In this document: one piece after another, positions 50,120-63,060 of the stretch
Numbering within the stretch: the first letter of the stretch is position 1
Layout of the letters: every line of letters begins with the position of its first letter
Source of the DNA: the human T2T-CHM13v2.0 reference genome, Homo sapiens
NCBI RefSeq assembly: GCF_009914755.1
Contig: NC_060934.1
DNA: 64,000 bases
Reading direction: 5' to 3' (one strand)
Made by a program: the position numbers and the translations under genes
The notes under the pieces: model-generated
What the model was told of the DNA's origin: nothing
The model's input: only the letters and a program-made list of their open reading frames with translations
Databases searched by the model: none

Positions 50120-50350
50120 AATAACAATAACTAAGGACTTTTGGGTCCCAGGTGACTGCCCTGGATAGAGTATTTTCCATATATGTTCACTTGATCATCA
50201 CAGTGATCGATGAAATAGGTTCTGCTCTTGTCTCCATTTACGAGTGAAGAAACTGAGGCCCAGAGAAGTTAAGCAACTTGTCCTACATAACAGAAAAGGG
50301 ATGAGGCCCATGTGGGACACCAGATCCTAGGCTCAGTCCCACTGTGCTCT
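50120..50350 (-). mobile_element. MIR SINE
   Basis: GAAGAAACTGAGGCCCAGAGAAGTTAAGCAACTTGTCC. Confidence 0.7.
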
Positions 50351-50379
50351 CCTGACACAGCGGGGAGGTGAGGTGTGGG

Positions 50380-50478
50380 CAGCGTGATCATCTGTCCCAG
50401 TCTGCCTGGTCCTGAGGGAGCAGAGCTTCTGCTAAAGCCAAGAATGTCCCTGACAAACTGGGACTAGCTGGTCACCCT
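50380..50478. mobile_element. MER81-like hAT-Blackjack MITE
   Basis: GTGATCATCTGTCCCAGT.TGCC...GCTAAA...GTCCC..CAAACTGGGAC..GCTGGTCACCCT; degenerate TIRs. Confidence 0.7.
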
Positions 50479-51009
50479 CGGTGTGGGTGGATTAACACTG
50501 AGTAACCTTTGTAGGTGTTTATGACAAAGTGGTTTCTCAGAAAAGCAGGCACTGGTGCCTGTAGTTCAGTGTCTATTAGGTGAACTGGCAAATTGGTCTA
50601 GTGAAGGCAAGCCTATTTCTTGCCCATAGGGCAACCCCAAAATACCCTCCTCATAAATGACAAATGAAGAAAGAAACAGCAATATGGCGCATGCTACTGT
50701 TGTGTAACAAGACCAAAAGTTTCCCCTCAAACAATCTTCCAGGCAAAGAGGGAAGGAAATCAACTTACATTCCAGTTCTGGAGTGTCTGTAAGTAAATGA
50801 TGATTTCTGTTTATTATTTATTTAGCCAGCAGGTCATTTTAAAGGCACAGAGGGGCTCTTTCTGCTTCCCACTGGACCCATGGAAGGCAGGAGAAGGCAT
50901 TCCTGAACAGGGACCCTGTTCCCATTGCTGGCCTGACACCTCTCACTTGTGAGTTATGCTACAGTTGAGCCTCTTGAGGAGTAAAGTGGATCTTGGAGTC
51001 CATCCAATA

Positions 51010-51240
51010 ATAATAGTTTCTACAACAAACAAAGGCGTGCATGTGTAAACAGTGTTTTCATTTTTGTTATCTGACCGGAGCTTCTGGAGACCCTGTGAAA
51101 CAGGGCAGATGAAATGAGTTCCACGTTCCATGCTCCATGATGCGGGTCTGAGGTTGGAAAAGTGACGCGATTTCTGGAAGATGACACAGTGAGGGAGCGT
51201 GGAGCTAGAGGGCAAACCCATGCCTTTTGGCTCCACATTC
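51010..51240 (-). mobile_element. MIR SINE (diverged)
   Basis: ACCCTGTGAAA..GGGCAG...CTGAGG...AAGTGAC...ACACAG...GGAGCTAG. Confidence 0.5.
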
Positions 51241-51299
51241 TACACGCTTTTCATGCCACCCTACTATTACGGTGTCAGGAGAGTATAACTATCTCAACA

Positions 51300-51420
51300 C
51301 CATAAAGAGCTTATGCACGCTCCTTGAAGTAAAGGACTGTGTCTTGTACACCTTTGAATTTCATCTTTCAGTTCCTTTCCCTGATCACAGGGCTTGGCAC
51401 ATAGTAGGTAATCATTTACC
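51300..51420 (+). mobile_element. L2 3' end fragment
   Basis: GCTCCTTGA...AGGACTGTGTCTTGT..ACCTTTG...TGGCACATAGTAGGT. Confidence 0.65.
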
Positions 51421-52233
51421 CGCCATGAGGCAAACGGGGTATAATATTTTTTTTTGACATGAGGCAGAAAAATATCTGAACTACAACATCAGCCAGTTGG
51501 AAGTTTAAATCTTAGCTTAGCTGTCTACCAGTGTAACTCCAGGCAAGTTACTTAACCTCTCTGAGCCAACAAACCCTTCCCAGGCAGAAGTGCAGGTAGA
51601 AAAACCCTTAGCACTATTGCGAGAGCTGGTGCTTACAGCTGGGAGGCCAAAGAGGCAGCTATTGTTGTTTTCCAGACCCAGGATTCTGGGCACTTTGTTA
51701 TGCTCAGCCTGGTGATGGAAGTGTTACGACCCAGGGCACCAGGATCTGATGTCTGGAGGCGAGTGACTGGCCCAGATGCTTGCTGACTCCCTGTCATGTT
51801 TAACTCACCTTGCCGGCCAAAATAAGAGGGAATGCATTTGACTCAGCCAATGCATTTACAGTGCCACTGGTGACCCCTTCTGTACGTGCCTGGGGCCAAG
51901 CTACAGGTGATAATTAGCTCTCAGAAAACGGAAGGACATTAACTCCAGCATCTTGAGTCCATTCCAATTGAGATAATTAAATAAAGTGCCCACAGGTGGA
52001 TCCAGTTAATGAGGCATGGACTGGGCTTCTGCGGAGCCATCCAGGCAGCAGGCAGGGAGCTGGGGCAGGAGCTGAGTGTGGAGGACGGAGACTAAATGCT
52101 GCAGGAAGCACAGAGTGCTTCTCCCTTCTCAACCCTCAGTTTGTCCCTGCCCTCGATTTCCCAGGCCTATGGTTGTCCTTAAGAGCAATGTGCTGGGGCC
52201 AGGGACTTTGCTCCAGGCTGGGCTCTGCCTTTA

Positions 52234-52621
<388 letters not shown>

Positions 52622-52639
52622 AAGGAAGCAGTTGAAGAC

Positions 52640-53010
52640 ACAGCTCACAAAACTGAAAGAAGAGGTTGGAGACAACTGGATTCAGTCTCATTCTCTCCTC
52701 CTTCCCTCTCTGTCACCGCTAGTTTCTGCTTCTCTCTTTCTGGCCTCCTTCTCTCTGCCTATAAATAGGCTGTCTCCTCCTTCTGCAGCCTTCAGCAACT
52801 CTATATTCACAGCCATTCAGTGAGAAGACATGAGACAGAGTAACACTTCCTCCCAGTTTCAAATTCTAAAATCCTTGGGGAGGACAATGGTTGGCCCAGC
52901 TTGGATTATAGGTTCAGCTTGTGGACCAATCATTGTGGCTGGGAGAGGACAGGAACTCGCATTCATCCAGAGACAGATCTATTGATAGATCACCAGAAGA
53001 GGGGGATAAA
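52640..53010 (-). mobile_element. Old MLT1 (K/L-like) LTR fragment
   Basis: TTCTGCTTCTCTC...TTGGCCCAGCTTGG...GGACCAATCATTGTGGC. Confidence 0.5.
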
Positions 53011-53118
53011 TTAATCATAAGCTGCAAAGCCACCCTAACTGATATCTGCTATGGTGACAAAAGTGTCATGCATATTGACTCTTCTTTCCTCTAAGAAACA
53101 GAAGCAGTTTGTGTTCCT

Positions 53119-53172
53119 TGCGCATGTGTGTGTGTGTGTGTGTTTGTGCACGCGTGCATCTGTGTATGTGTA
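53119..53172. repeat. (TG)n-rich alternating purine/pyrimidine tract
   Basis: TGCGCATGTGTGTGTGTGTGTGTG...TGTGCACGCGTGCA. Confidence 0.85.
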
Positions 53173-53259
53173 TTGGTCATCTGGAACAGGAATATATATT
53201 TTTCTCATAGAAACAATCCTATAAGTGGTAGTTATTCTTCCAGATCTAAGAAGAACTTA

Positions 53260-53443
53260 ATTGGATGACTGTGGGCAAGTTGCCAGCTCTCTTTGAGCAT
53301 CAGTTTCTGCATCTGTAAAATGTTAATAATAATAGCACTAGCCCATGGGTTGTTGAGGTAATTAAATAATTTAGGTAGACTCAGTCCTTAGCACACCTCC
53401 TGGGCATTAGTAAGAATTCAATTAATGGTAGCCATTATTATTA
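53260..53443 (+). mobile_element. MIR SINE
   Basis: GGGCAAGTT...CAGTTTCTGCATCTGTAAAATG..AATAATAG...GGGTTGTTG. Confidence 0.75.
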
Positions 53444-54377
53444 CAAAGTGAAATGCCGTACATATGTACTTCTTTAAAAATAGTGGAAAATTCACTTATA
53501 ATGAAACTAAAGAGACCAACAAGACTTCTGGCCAAAATACTTGTTTTTCTTATCTCAAGCATTGGTGGGTGAGGAAAGGCAGATTTAATTAAAGAATGGA
53601 CAGAAGCATCTGAAACAAATCTCGGGGCACTTTCAGGGACGTTAAACAGTGGATGTGCTTCTTATGGCTCATTTTGCTGATATCTCTCTTTTTCCTTTCC
53701 TGTCATTAACATTTGCTTCCTAGTGGTGTTAGAGACTTTCTAGGAGAAATAGGACAGAGAGGAAAAGAAAAGAAACAAGAAGAAAGAGACTAAAATAAAG
53801 GTTATCTTGATGTGCCTGGGAAAGAAGTGACACAACCAGGGCTGCAGAATAGAGTTCCTTACTGTCTGGACCTGTAGACAAAGAACTGGACAAGATGAAA
53901 TCACCTGTTCCATGGGGTGGAAGACAGAGCAGAGCAGGGCCTGGAATGGGCATCATTTGCCTGAAGAGGATGGGAGGGGAGGAAGTGGCGAAGGAGACCA
54001 AGAACACATCTGTGAGTTCTTCAAGAACTCAAGAACAGTGCATGCATCTCAAGGAGGAAGCAGGGGGCATGTGTAACTGTGCCTTTCTTTGGGCGTTATG
54101 TTTGAGTTCCCTTCTTTGACCCGATGAGTGCTCTATTCTGCAATTATACCTTGCTGGGTGAGTTCTTCCTTCCTGAGACCCATAGCACTTGGTACCATGC
54201 TGAGCCCCCATTAGACAATCTATAGCCCTTGGAGGCAGTGAGTATTTACAAACCAAGGTTGCTCAGCTCCTAACACTTCTCCCTGTGGACCAGTCAAGGT
54301 GCTCCTAATACTGACGCTACAGCAGGTCTCAGTCGATTCAGTAGAAAGGAAAGGGAATTTTCTTTGAGTTGCTTTTG

Positions 54378-54590
54378 TCATTCATTCATTCAACAAACAT
54401 TTCCTAAGGGCCTGCTGTCTATAAGGCTGTGGTGAGTACTGAAAACATATCAATGAACAAGACAGGCAAAATCCTCACTCTCCTGTGGTCTACATTCTGT
54501 TGGAGAGAGAGATGAGAGACCACTAACTGTTCGTAATTTGTGGTAAATGCTACCAATCAAATTACAGGAGAATATATAAGGGGTACTTGA
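54378..54590 (-). mobile_element. L2 3' end
   Basis: TCATTCATTCATTCAACAAACATTT...ATGAACAAGACAG..AAAATCC...TACATTCT. Confidence 0.75.
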
Positions 54591-54659
54591 TATAACTTAA
54601 GAAGTTAACATCTTGGTCCCCATTTCAAAATCAAGATTCACATTCATTTTAGAACTTTA

Positions 54660-55055
54660 GATATTTTTATAGTCATAAAGGAAGTATAGTCTCATTATGG
54701 AAAACCTGGAAAATATAGAAAGTGTAAAGATACAAAAATCTTCCATAAACCACTGTTAAAACCACACTTATTTTATGCCTACTTGCAATTATATTGCATA
54801 CAGTTTTGTAGCCTGCTTTTTCACTTCATATTACATGGTGAACTGCTTCTCCAGTCATAAAAATTTAATTTAAAACATCATTTTGAATAACCATATCATA
54901 TGCCGTTATATAGATGTACCATAAATTATTTAATCTTTCCCTATTGTTGAGCATTTGGTGTGTTTCTATCTACTACTACAAATAATGCTTCAATGTCTCT
55001 CCTTTTTCCCAAGTTTGTGTTTGAGGTTCTGTTGGTTTCTTAGGATAGTTTCCTA
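54660..55055 (-). mobile_element. L1ME-type 3' fragment
   Basis: GGAAAATATAGAAAG...GCCTGCTTTTTCACTT...GATGTACCATAA.TTATTTAA..TTCCCTATTGTTG. Confidence 0.65.
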
Positions 55056-55700
55056 GTCAGTCAGTCCACAAATATTCATTGAGCAATTATTATGTGCTAA
55101 GCAAATTTCCTTTTGCTTTTCTAGTCTGATCCTTCTGGTGCTCTACAGAGGACTTGACTATGCAACCCTTGACTTTGTTCCCCTGATTGGATGTGCCTGT
55201 TTACCCCCATCTTGTCTTGGCCTCAGTTGTACCTCTGGGCGCAGTACCTGAGAGCCTCCCTGCCTTATTTATCTTTCTCTCAGCATCATGTCTGTTTTGC
55301 TCCTTTGTCCTTCATCTCTTGCCACCCAATCCCTCTAGGACTGTGTTCCATGCCTCGCACCCAGACTTTCTCTGTCATACCTATTCCTTTGGGGACTGGA
55401 GACTGTGGTGGAAAGGGTCCCCAGAAATTGAACTAAGATCTATTTTGTGTATGTATGCATATGGGTTGAGGGGGAGGAGGGATGGGGAGAAGAGAAGCAA
55501 ATAATCCCAAATTGTCAGCATATGGCAAGCTAGCAAACAGAAGTCCAGGTAGAGAAAACCAGAAACTGACTTGACAGCTTCTTGACCATTTCTTTGGATG
55601 GACTGAAGAAGGACTTGGGTTTCAGGACATGTCACTGACCTGTCCCATTGACTGTTCCTAATGGGTGTACTTGGAAACCTCAAGAAAATTCCAAGAATAC

Positions 55701-56177
55701 TGCAGTAGATTGATTGTTTCAACAGCCCTAACTCATGTTCTCCTTTAACCTAGGCCCTTTGCCCTGTAGCTGTATCATCCTTCTCACCCTGATTCTAACT
55801 TAGCCATGAGACTGCTTGCCCATAGGATGACAGCAAATGTGATGCATGTAGAGGCTTGAAAAAGTGCATACCTATTTCTACCAACTCTCTCACATAATCG
55901 GGCTTGATCTCCATCATGATTCCCATAATGCCATAAGAACATACCCCGGCTAGCCTACTGGAGGGTTGTAAGAACCACAAAGAGCCAAGACCGTCCTAGA
56001 CAAGCCAGTGTCCCACAAATCTGTCAGCTGACTATAGACACATGAGCAAACCCAGATAAGATCAGTCAAGGCTGGCCTTAGTTCACAGAACTGACCCATA
56101 GATTTGTGATGAAAAACAAAAAAAAACCATACATGAAGTTTTGGGGCTGTTTGTTACTCAGCAATAACAAACTGATA
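55701..56177 (+). mobile_element. MLT1H-like LTR
   Basis: TAGCCATGAGACTGCTTG...AGAGGCTTGAAAAAGTGC...CCATAAGAACAT.CCC.GGCTAGCCT.CTGG...TTTGTTACTCAGCAATA...AACTGATA. Confidence 0.75.
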
Positions 56178-57922
56178 GGGTCACTGTATTGGAGAGAAGA
56201 GAAAAGGAGGATAACAGGGGAAGAAAAGACAGGGCAGAAGGAAGAGCAGCAGGTCAAAGCACCCAGAAAAGCCCAAGCTCTGGATTCACATTCAGCAAAG
56301 TCATATAGAAGCTCAATTGTGCAAGAGGGTTGGCAGAAATAGGCATACACTTTTTCAAGCGTCTACTTGCATCACTCCTATGGCTGAGCCTGCTCTTTGA
56401 TCTCCAGGCTACCCCTTTCACTGTTGGAATAATCCCTTCTGAGTCTCCTGTTGAGCACTTCCAGGAAGCAGAGTTGCAGACTTTTGAGAAGCAGATGTCC
56501 GCTCATCCTAATTCTGAGAAAAGTCCCAGAACTACATAACCATCAAGAGAGAGCACTGGAATCTACACCTGGGAACACTGGGGCCTGCCCAGCAGCAGTC
56601 AGATTTCCATTTGTCCTCATCTATACTTTTGTCTTCTTCCTGTTCATGTGTCGGCCCCCTGAGCATGGGTTTCACTGCTCACCCCTCACCTGGAGCAGCC
56701 TGCAAGAATTTATCCCATTCTGAAGTCATTATAGCCCCCCAAAGGTGGGCAGCACAAGGTTGGGGAGGCAGGTGGTCACTGAGCTGGATTAATCCACCTC
56801 CAGCACAAACATATCCCTATTCCTACCCTATTTGCCTTGTACTTGTGTCACGGGTGCACATGGGGCTGCGAAAGGCATCCTTGGGGTTATCTGAAGCACA
56901 CAGACAGCACTCACTCAGTGCAAATAAATGGCTATCCTTCCTTTCTAGTTTCCTTTTTCTCCAAGTTTGCTTCCAAACTAGAGAAATGCAAGTCGCCCTC
57001 CACTTTTCCCTTAATATTACATGGTGGTTTCAATCTCATTATTATTGCATTATATGTAGCACATCTGTTACTGGTCAGGAGCCAACAATTTAATTCTATT
57101 AGATACATCTATACAGCGAAGTGATAATCTACACCAGGTTTGTGGAACAAGCACTTAATACTTGGCAGCGAGCAGCTAACGACTTGATACACAAGCGAGA
57201 GAATGTAGGAGGCCCCTCGTAGCTGAGGGTCGAAGGCGGCCAGAGCGCTCAGCCACATTCTTCCCCAGGCCGGCATCCCAGTGTGGGAAAGGAGTCAGTC
57301 AACGTATTGTTCCAACATCTGCAAGATATTGATGGAGAACGGGGGAGGTTAGGAGGGGCGGGAGAGGGGAAACGTTTACCTAACCAAATGCTAACTCTTC
57401 CAAGGGGATTCATGTCAGCACAGGCTAAATGATGTGAGAGCTTCAGGCACATGTGGTAGTATTTACCCCCCAAGAAATGGACACAGATTCGTGTCTTGTT
57501 CAGTAACTCTAGCACCTTAGATGTGCCTTCTGCAGTTGCCCGAGTTCTTATTTGAGTTTCCTGGCTCCATCTCTGCATAAGAGAGAATGGGTTTGCTCTC
57601 GGCACTAAGGAGCCAAAATGGGCGCCATGTGCAGGGACCTTTGGCCAGGGCTCTGACCCCACAGAAACACAGGCTGGGTTGGTTCCCAAACACCCCATCT
57701 CATGCAGGACCAGTAAACAGCCACTCCTGCTGCCTTGTGCTTCAACTGGCCACTTTTTGTCAGTTTCTCCTTCTGCACTTTGACCCAGAGAGCTGGAAGG
57801 ATGAGGAAGGAAAGATAACAGGATCATGGCTGTGTCTTCCTTCCCGTCTATCCAGGAGGAAGGGTCATTTTAAAATCAAAAGTTGACAAAGGGAGGTGGG
57901 AAGGTGAGAAGAAGTCATGTCT

Positions 57923-58080
57923 CATATTTTATTGATTCTAGGTGAGATGTCAGCAATTTTAAGATGCCCTATTATTTTATATACCACTAATAAAAAAATG
58001 TTGACTTTTCAACCATGATATGCCATCAGTTAAAAGATAATCCCAATTTTAGAGATGCTAGAATGTGCATCTTGGGATGC
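57923..58080. mobile_element. MER104-like TcMar-Tc2 MITE
   Basis: ATTGATTCTA...TAAGATGC..ATTATTTTAT.TACCACTAA...ATCCCAATTTTAGAGATG...TGTGCATCTT. Confidence 0.7.
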
Positions 58081-58099
58081 CCAACCTCGGGGATCTCCC

Positions 58100-58375
58100 G
58101 TGACTGGCAATTTATGAGTTGTGTGATGGTGGACAAATTATTTAACCTCTTGGTGCCTCAATTTCTTCATCTGTGAATGGGAATAGTAAAAGGAACCCAT
58201 CTCATTTAGTAGGTGCAAGGATTAAATAGTAAAGTATGTAAAGGCTTAAAAGATTAAAAGAAAGCCTCTGTAAGTGTTTCCTTATGATATAGCCTTGAAC
58301 ATGTTGCTTAATATCTCTGAGCCTCAGTTTCCTCAGCTACAGTATTGCAGATAGCAATACTGTTCTATTTATTTT
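58100..58375 (+). mobile_element. Two adjacent MIR fragments
   Basis: GGACAAATTATTTAACCTC..GTGCCTCAATTTCTTCATCTGT; then CTTAATATCTCTGAGCCTCAGTTTCCTCA. Confidence 0.7.
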
Positions 58376-58769
58376 CCTTTAATGTAGACTAATGTCTGGA
58401 CCTGCACCAACCAGGAGGGTGTGTGGACAAATGGAAGCTGGTTAAAGGGAAGAGTCCATTGTGATTGGTGGGCTCCCATGCCAGCAAGCCAAATCATCCC
58501 TTTCCAGTCCTCCTCCCAGCTGTCCAGGCTACAGCTGAGGGCTCTTCCTGGCTGACCCTACTAACCATACCAGCCTTCCCTCCTTTCCAGAAGCTTTGGG
58601 GCAATTCTGGGCCCTGTGGTTATGGAAAGCACTTAGACAATACCCTCCAGGACCTGTTTTGTCATTGGCCACCTGTCTTTGTTGACATGAACTGCAATTC
58701 ACTTTCCATCCCAAATATGGTAGATTTATGCGTTTTGTTTCTGGGGTGCTTTAGGAATCATTTGCCAAT

Positions 58770-58905
58770 GATTTTCCATATCGACTGTCATGTTTCATTT
58801 TCACAATGGCCCTGTAAGGAAGGTAGGGTAAGTATTATGATTACCGCTAGCTAAATGAGGAGACTGAGGCCCAGAGAACTCAAGTGACAGCCCCAGCTCA
58901 CATAA
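58770..58905 (-). mobile_element. MIR fragment
   Basis: ATGAGGAGACTGAGGCCCAGAGAA..CAAGTGAC. Confidence 0.6.
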
Positions 58906-58925
58906 AACAGGTTCACTGAGAGCTA

Positions 58926-59292
58926 TGTCATAGTTGCATATATTTATGAGGGTAGATTGGACTTCTGGTCACCCGTATTCAGTGCCTGTTGACATCAGAT
59001 TTGGCCATATAACTTCATTGGTCAGTGAAATGTGAGCTCTGTGAAAGAAAAAGCTCTAAGAGCTATGTGTAATTTGCCATGTGTTTTTCCTTTGGCCAGA
59101 AGGTTGGCAAAGTTCCAGATAGAGGCTGCTTTGTCAACTGGGCCCCACAGTGAGGACAATGTGGAATGGAGTTACAGTTGGCCCCCAGGGGATGTGTAGC
59201 ATAAGCAAGAAGTAAAGCTTTGTCATTGTAAGCCATTTAGATTATGGGCTTGTTTGCTACCACAGCAAAACCTCTCCTATCCTAACTGATAC
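58926..59292 (+). mobile_element. MLT1I-like LTR
   Basis: TTGGCCAT.TAACTT...TGAAATGTGAGC...GTTCCAGATAGAGGCTGCT...CCTATCCTAACTGATACA. Confidence 0.75.
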
Positions 59293-59585
59293 AGTACATT
59301 TGCTGAAACATACCCTCCACTCACAAGACCTGTACCCTGTGCTCTCCCTCCATGAGACATTTGCTCTCTTAGAAGGTAGTTCAAGTGGCCAAATAATAGT
59401 GACCTCTGCTTCATATTTTAGTGCACATCCCTCTCCTTCATAAAGCCCTGATTTGCTCTTTATGAGCACAAAATCAAATGATTCTGACCATGGACTGAAG
59501 CCACATAGTGGTCAATGATGTCAGAACCTTAATATGCAAACATGCTAATAATTTCTCTTCTCCTTTCTTCCCATCTGAATTCCAA

Positions 59586-59661
59586 TGTGATGGTGGACAA
59601 ATTATTTAACATCTTGGTGCCTCAATTTCTTCAACTGTGAGTGGGAATAGTAAATGGAACC
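59586..59661 (+). repeat. 76-bp near-identical dispersed copy of 58122-58197
   Basis: Manual alignment: 72/76 identical, no gaps, same strand, 1464 bp apart. Confidence 0.95.
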
Positions 59662-60139
59662 GTTTGAATTCTGCCTTTCCATTGTTCAAAGAATGTTCTC
59701 TGTCTGGTCACCACAGGGTAGAGCTACCATCCTGTTAATCTTTAATCTCCATGTGGACACATGATAAGGGATAGAAGAAAATGTTCTAGGCTAACGAATC
59801 TCATGGAACTTGGAGGCCCTCACCTCACTCTATCTGGAATGCAGTGGGGGCTCTTGATACACATATGTTGGATAAATGATGATTAATGAGTAGAAAGTCC
59901 TGCCAGCTTTGGAAGCCATTTCAGAGGAATTTTGAAGCTAGAGAATTATTGTGCGGTAGAGTCAGAAAGCTTTAATTGTCTCAGCTAAATTTCTACAGTC
60001 TTTATGAAGGCCAGGTAACCTACTATAAAGGCCAGGATTCCCCCCACCTCAGTTTCTCCATGGAGAAAATAATGGAAAAGAAACCAACAGGAGTTCGAAG
60101 GGACATAGGATGATATGATGCAAACAACCCAGATGCCAC

Positions 60140-60290
60140 AGTCAAGAGACTCAAGTTTGAGTTTTGTTTCTGCCCATCGACTGTGTGCTGCTAGGCTAAC
60201 CCCTTGGCTTCTCCAAGCCTCAGTTTTCCCACATGTGTAACAAGTGGATTGGGCTAAATGATTTATAATGCTCCTTTTAGTTTTAACCAT
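60140..60290 (+). mobile_element. MIR3-like SINE
   Basis: GCCTCAGTTTTCCCA..TGTAA...GGATTGGGCTAAATGAT. Confidence 0.55.
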
Positions 60291-60300
60291 GTATGCCTAT

Positions 60301-60717
60301 TGTTATAAGTTGAATTGTGCCTCCCCCCACCAATTCATATACTGAAATCCTAATACCAAGTATCTCAGAATATGACCTTGTTTGGAGATAGGATATTTAC
60401 AGAGGTAATCAAGTTGAAGTGAGGTTATCAGGATGGACCTTAACCCAACATGACTGGTGTGCTTATAAAAAAAAAATGGAAAATTTGGACACAGAGATAC
60501 ATGTATCACATACAGAGAGAATGCATATGAATGTGAAGACAGCCACTTACAAGCCAAGAAGAGGGGCCCGGAATGGATCCTTCCCTCTCAGCCTTCGGAA
60601 GGAACTGACCTTGCCAAAACCTTGGCTTCAGACTGAGCTTCCAGAAGTATTCATTTCTGTCATTTAAGTCACACACCTTGTGGCATTTTGTTATTGCAGG
60701 CCTAGCAAACTAATACA
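60301..60717 (+). mobile_element. MLT1B-like solo LTR
   Basis: TGTTATAAGTTGAATTGTGCCTCCCC...TGACCTTGTTTGGAGATAGG...CCTAGCAAACTAATACA; near TSD CCTAT/CCTCT. Confidence 0.9.
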
Positions 60718-60769
60718 CCTCTCAATTTCTTCAGGCCATGGAGGTAGTAATAAATGGGCTAGGCTTTAG

Positions 60770-61040
60770 GTCAGGATGAGAAGAAATTTGGTAAATAAAA
60801 AGTGAAGCAGGAAAGGAAGATGCATTCCAGGCAAGGAAGGAGCATCAGCAAGCTCCAAGGTGGGCCCCCACCTTGTGTGTTTGAGGACATTGACACAGCT
60901 CTTGTGTAGGGCTGGAGAGGCTGGGCGAAGGTAGATTATAAAGCTAGATCATGGGAGAGCTTGTTCTTCATTAATAGGCTGACATTAAATACCTTGATTT
61001 TTCAACAGTCTGGAACTATTACAAGTTTCTGAGGAAGGAT
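60770..61040 (-). mobile_element. L2 fragment
   Basis: GCATTCCAGGCAAGGAAGGAGCA...GTGTGTTTGAGGA...CTAGATCATG. Confidence 0.5.
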
Positions 61041-62799
61041 TCTCTGGTGGATGTGGGGTTCGTAAATGGTCAAAATTTAATCAGGACCAAGTCTGGTTGA
61101 GCAAGGGAAATCACCAAGTTGGGACAATAAATAATAAAGTAATGAATAGTTTTTCTAGAGTGGTTAGTTTTGTGGAGTAAATCAATCTCCCTCTGGCTAC
61201 ACAGTTGAGCATATTGCTTCCTGAAGAAGCTATTATGTTGGTCAAACTTCTGACACTCTCATCACTGAGCAGTGACACCTTCATCACCCATCCCTCCACC
61301 CCCAAAGAAGTGACTCACTCCATCTTGGCATGGCTGGAGGCACCCAAATGGATTCATTTCTCCCAGATCTGGGCATCAGCCTCATTCCTGAGACAGTCAG
61401 CCCAAGTCAGGCAGAAAGAATACTGCTGTGTCTGACCGGCCAGAAGGTGCATCTGCCATGAATTGTATTGCCTTAGACCTGCCACACGGGACCCCAGCCT
61501 TGACCTGACTGCACTGTGGTCATCCCATCTATCCCAAGTCCTTCCTGGGTTTCCATTCAAGTTTTCCCACCACTCTGGATTTGGGGCACTGAATATTAGC
61601 CTAGTGCCTTGAGCCTTGATGACCTCCCAGCCTTAGCTTCTGGCTAGGGTCTCCCTTCAGACAGTGTGGGCCTCATGTTTGGAGAAGCATGGTAACATAG
61701 CCCACTCCCCAGATCCAATTCTTGTAGTCACTGATTCCATCCAGTCTGGGTTCACTCTGCCAGTTTGTATCATATAAAATTGGACTATGGGTTGCCCTTC
61801 TGCCAGGCAGTCAACAGCCTTCCAGCCAGGTCAATTTCCTGTCGGCTGCCGCCATCCTGGACCGCCAGGGACCCTGAACAGCTCACATAAAGCTCCCTTC
61901 CACACGGTATAACCACGATCTTTCATGTCCACACTGACTCACTCCTGATCCTCAAATGCATATGGAGAGCTAAACGCCTAGGTTTGAAGGTACCTGGGGA
62001 CCTGTAGATAAATGATGGCACTCAGAAGCCAGGGGCTCATGTTACCCCAGAGCTGCCCACAACTGGCTTTCCTCACCCTAAGTGCCTTGGCAGCAGTGTC
62101 TTTTTCAGCTCTGCATCTCTGGCTTAGTGGGGAGCCAGTCCAGAGCTCTGGAACAAAGGACATGAGATCCAAATCCGATTCCAAGCGAGTGAGTGACAAG
62201 CAGCTAATTTCCAAAGCTGTGTGGTGGACATTTTTTCTTCCTTCAACCCTCTGGGAGAGAAAATGATGCAAATGAGATACCCCAAGGGAGAGTAGCTTGT
62301 TGTAACTTATGATTAATCTTGAAAAACCACGAGTTAAGTATTCCAGTCCTGGAGTTAACCTAAAATAAGGAACGTGATACCACTCACTGACATGCTCACT
62401 GGCTCCCCTGCTCCTAGAATCCTAGATGCATTTGCCCCATGCAGCTCTCTTGCTGCTTAAGCCAGTGGAGGGCATCTTTGTTGGGATCAGCTAGGAAATG
62501 AGCAGCCTTAGAGTCTGTCTTGAGGAAAAACTCCTCTAACCAGAAGAATAGCCCAATGAATTGTTACAGATTTTTCTTTTTCAAGTACTTGATCTCACTG
62601 TTCTTCATGACAGCATGATGTTGGGAGCCATCTCATCCTCTCCTGAGTCCAATAAAAAGGCTTCTGAAAGAATGCTGAGCCATGGCTCACTATGGGTAGA
62701 AATGGTAATGGTAAATGGCACCTGGGGGAGAAAGCACTGGCCATCCCACCTCTTCAAAAGTAGGGCATCTATATGACCTGAAGAGGGCTCTCTGCCGGG

Positions 62800-63060
62800 T
62801 GACCACCTCTTTACCGTGAGCAAATCATTTTACCCCTCTAGGCTTCGGTTCTTCACCTCAACAATGGGACTGGTATTGTTCATCTTACCTCCAAAATTTC
62901 TTGAAAAACAAAGTCACTGTGGCAATAATATAGTCTGTGCCTCAGTTCCTTCTCTTGGGGTTTTTATGAAAATTAAATGAGCTAATGCATGCAGAGTGCT
63001 TAAAGTCGTGCCTGGCACACAGAAAGTGCTGTATAAATGTTGGCCATTATTTTTATTGGC
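62800..63060 (+). mobile_element. MIR fragments (two)
   Basis: GAGCAAATCATTT..CCCTCT...; ATTAAATGAGCTAATGCATG.AGAGTGCTTA...GTGCCTGGCACACAG. Confidence 0.7.

Noticed and set aside
57249-57827. 192-aa ORF (-), longest non-L1 ORF
   Set aside because: No recognisable homology, no convincing splice boundaries, overlapping ORFs on the other strand; compatible with chance in GC-richer DNA
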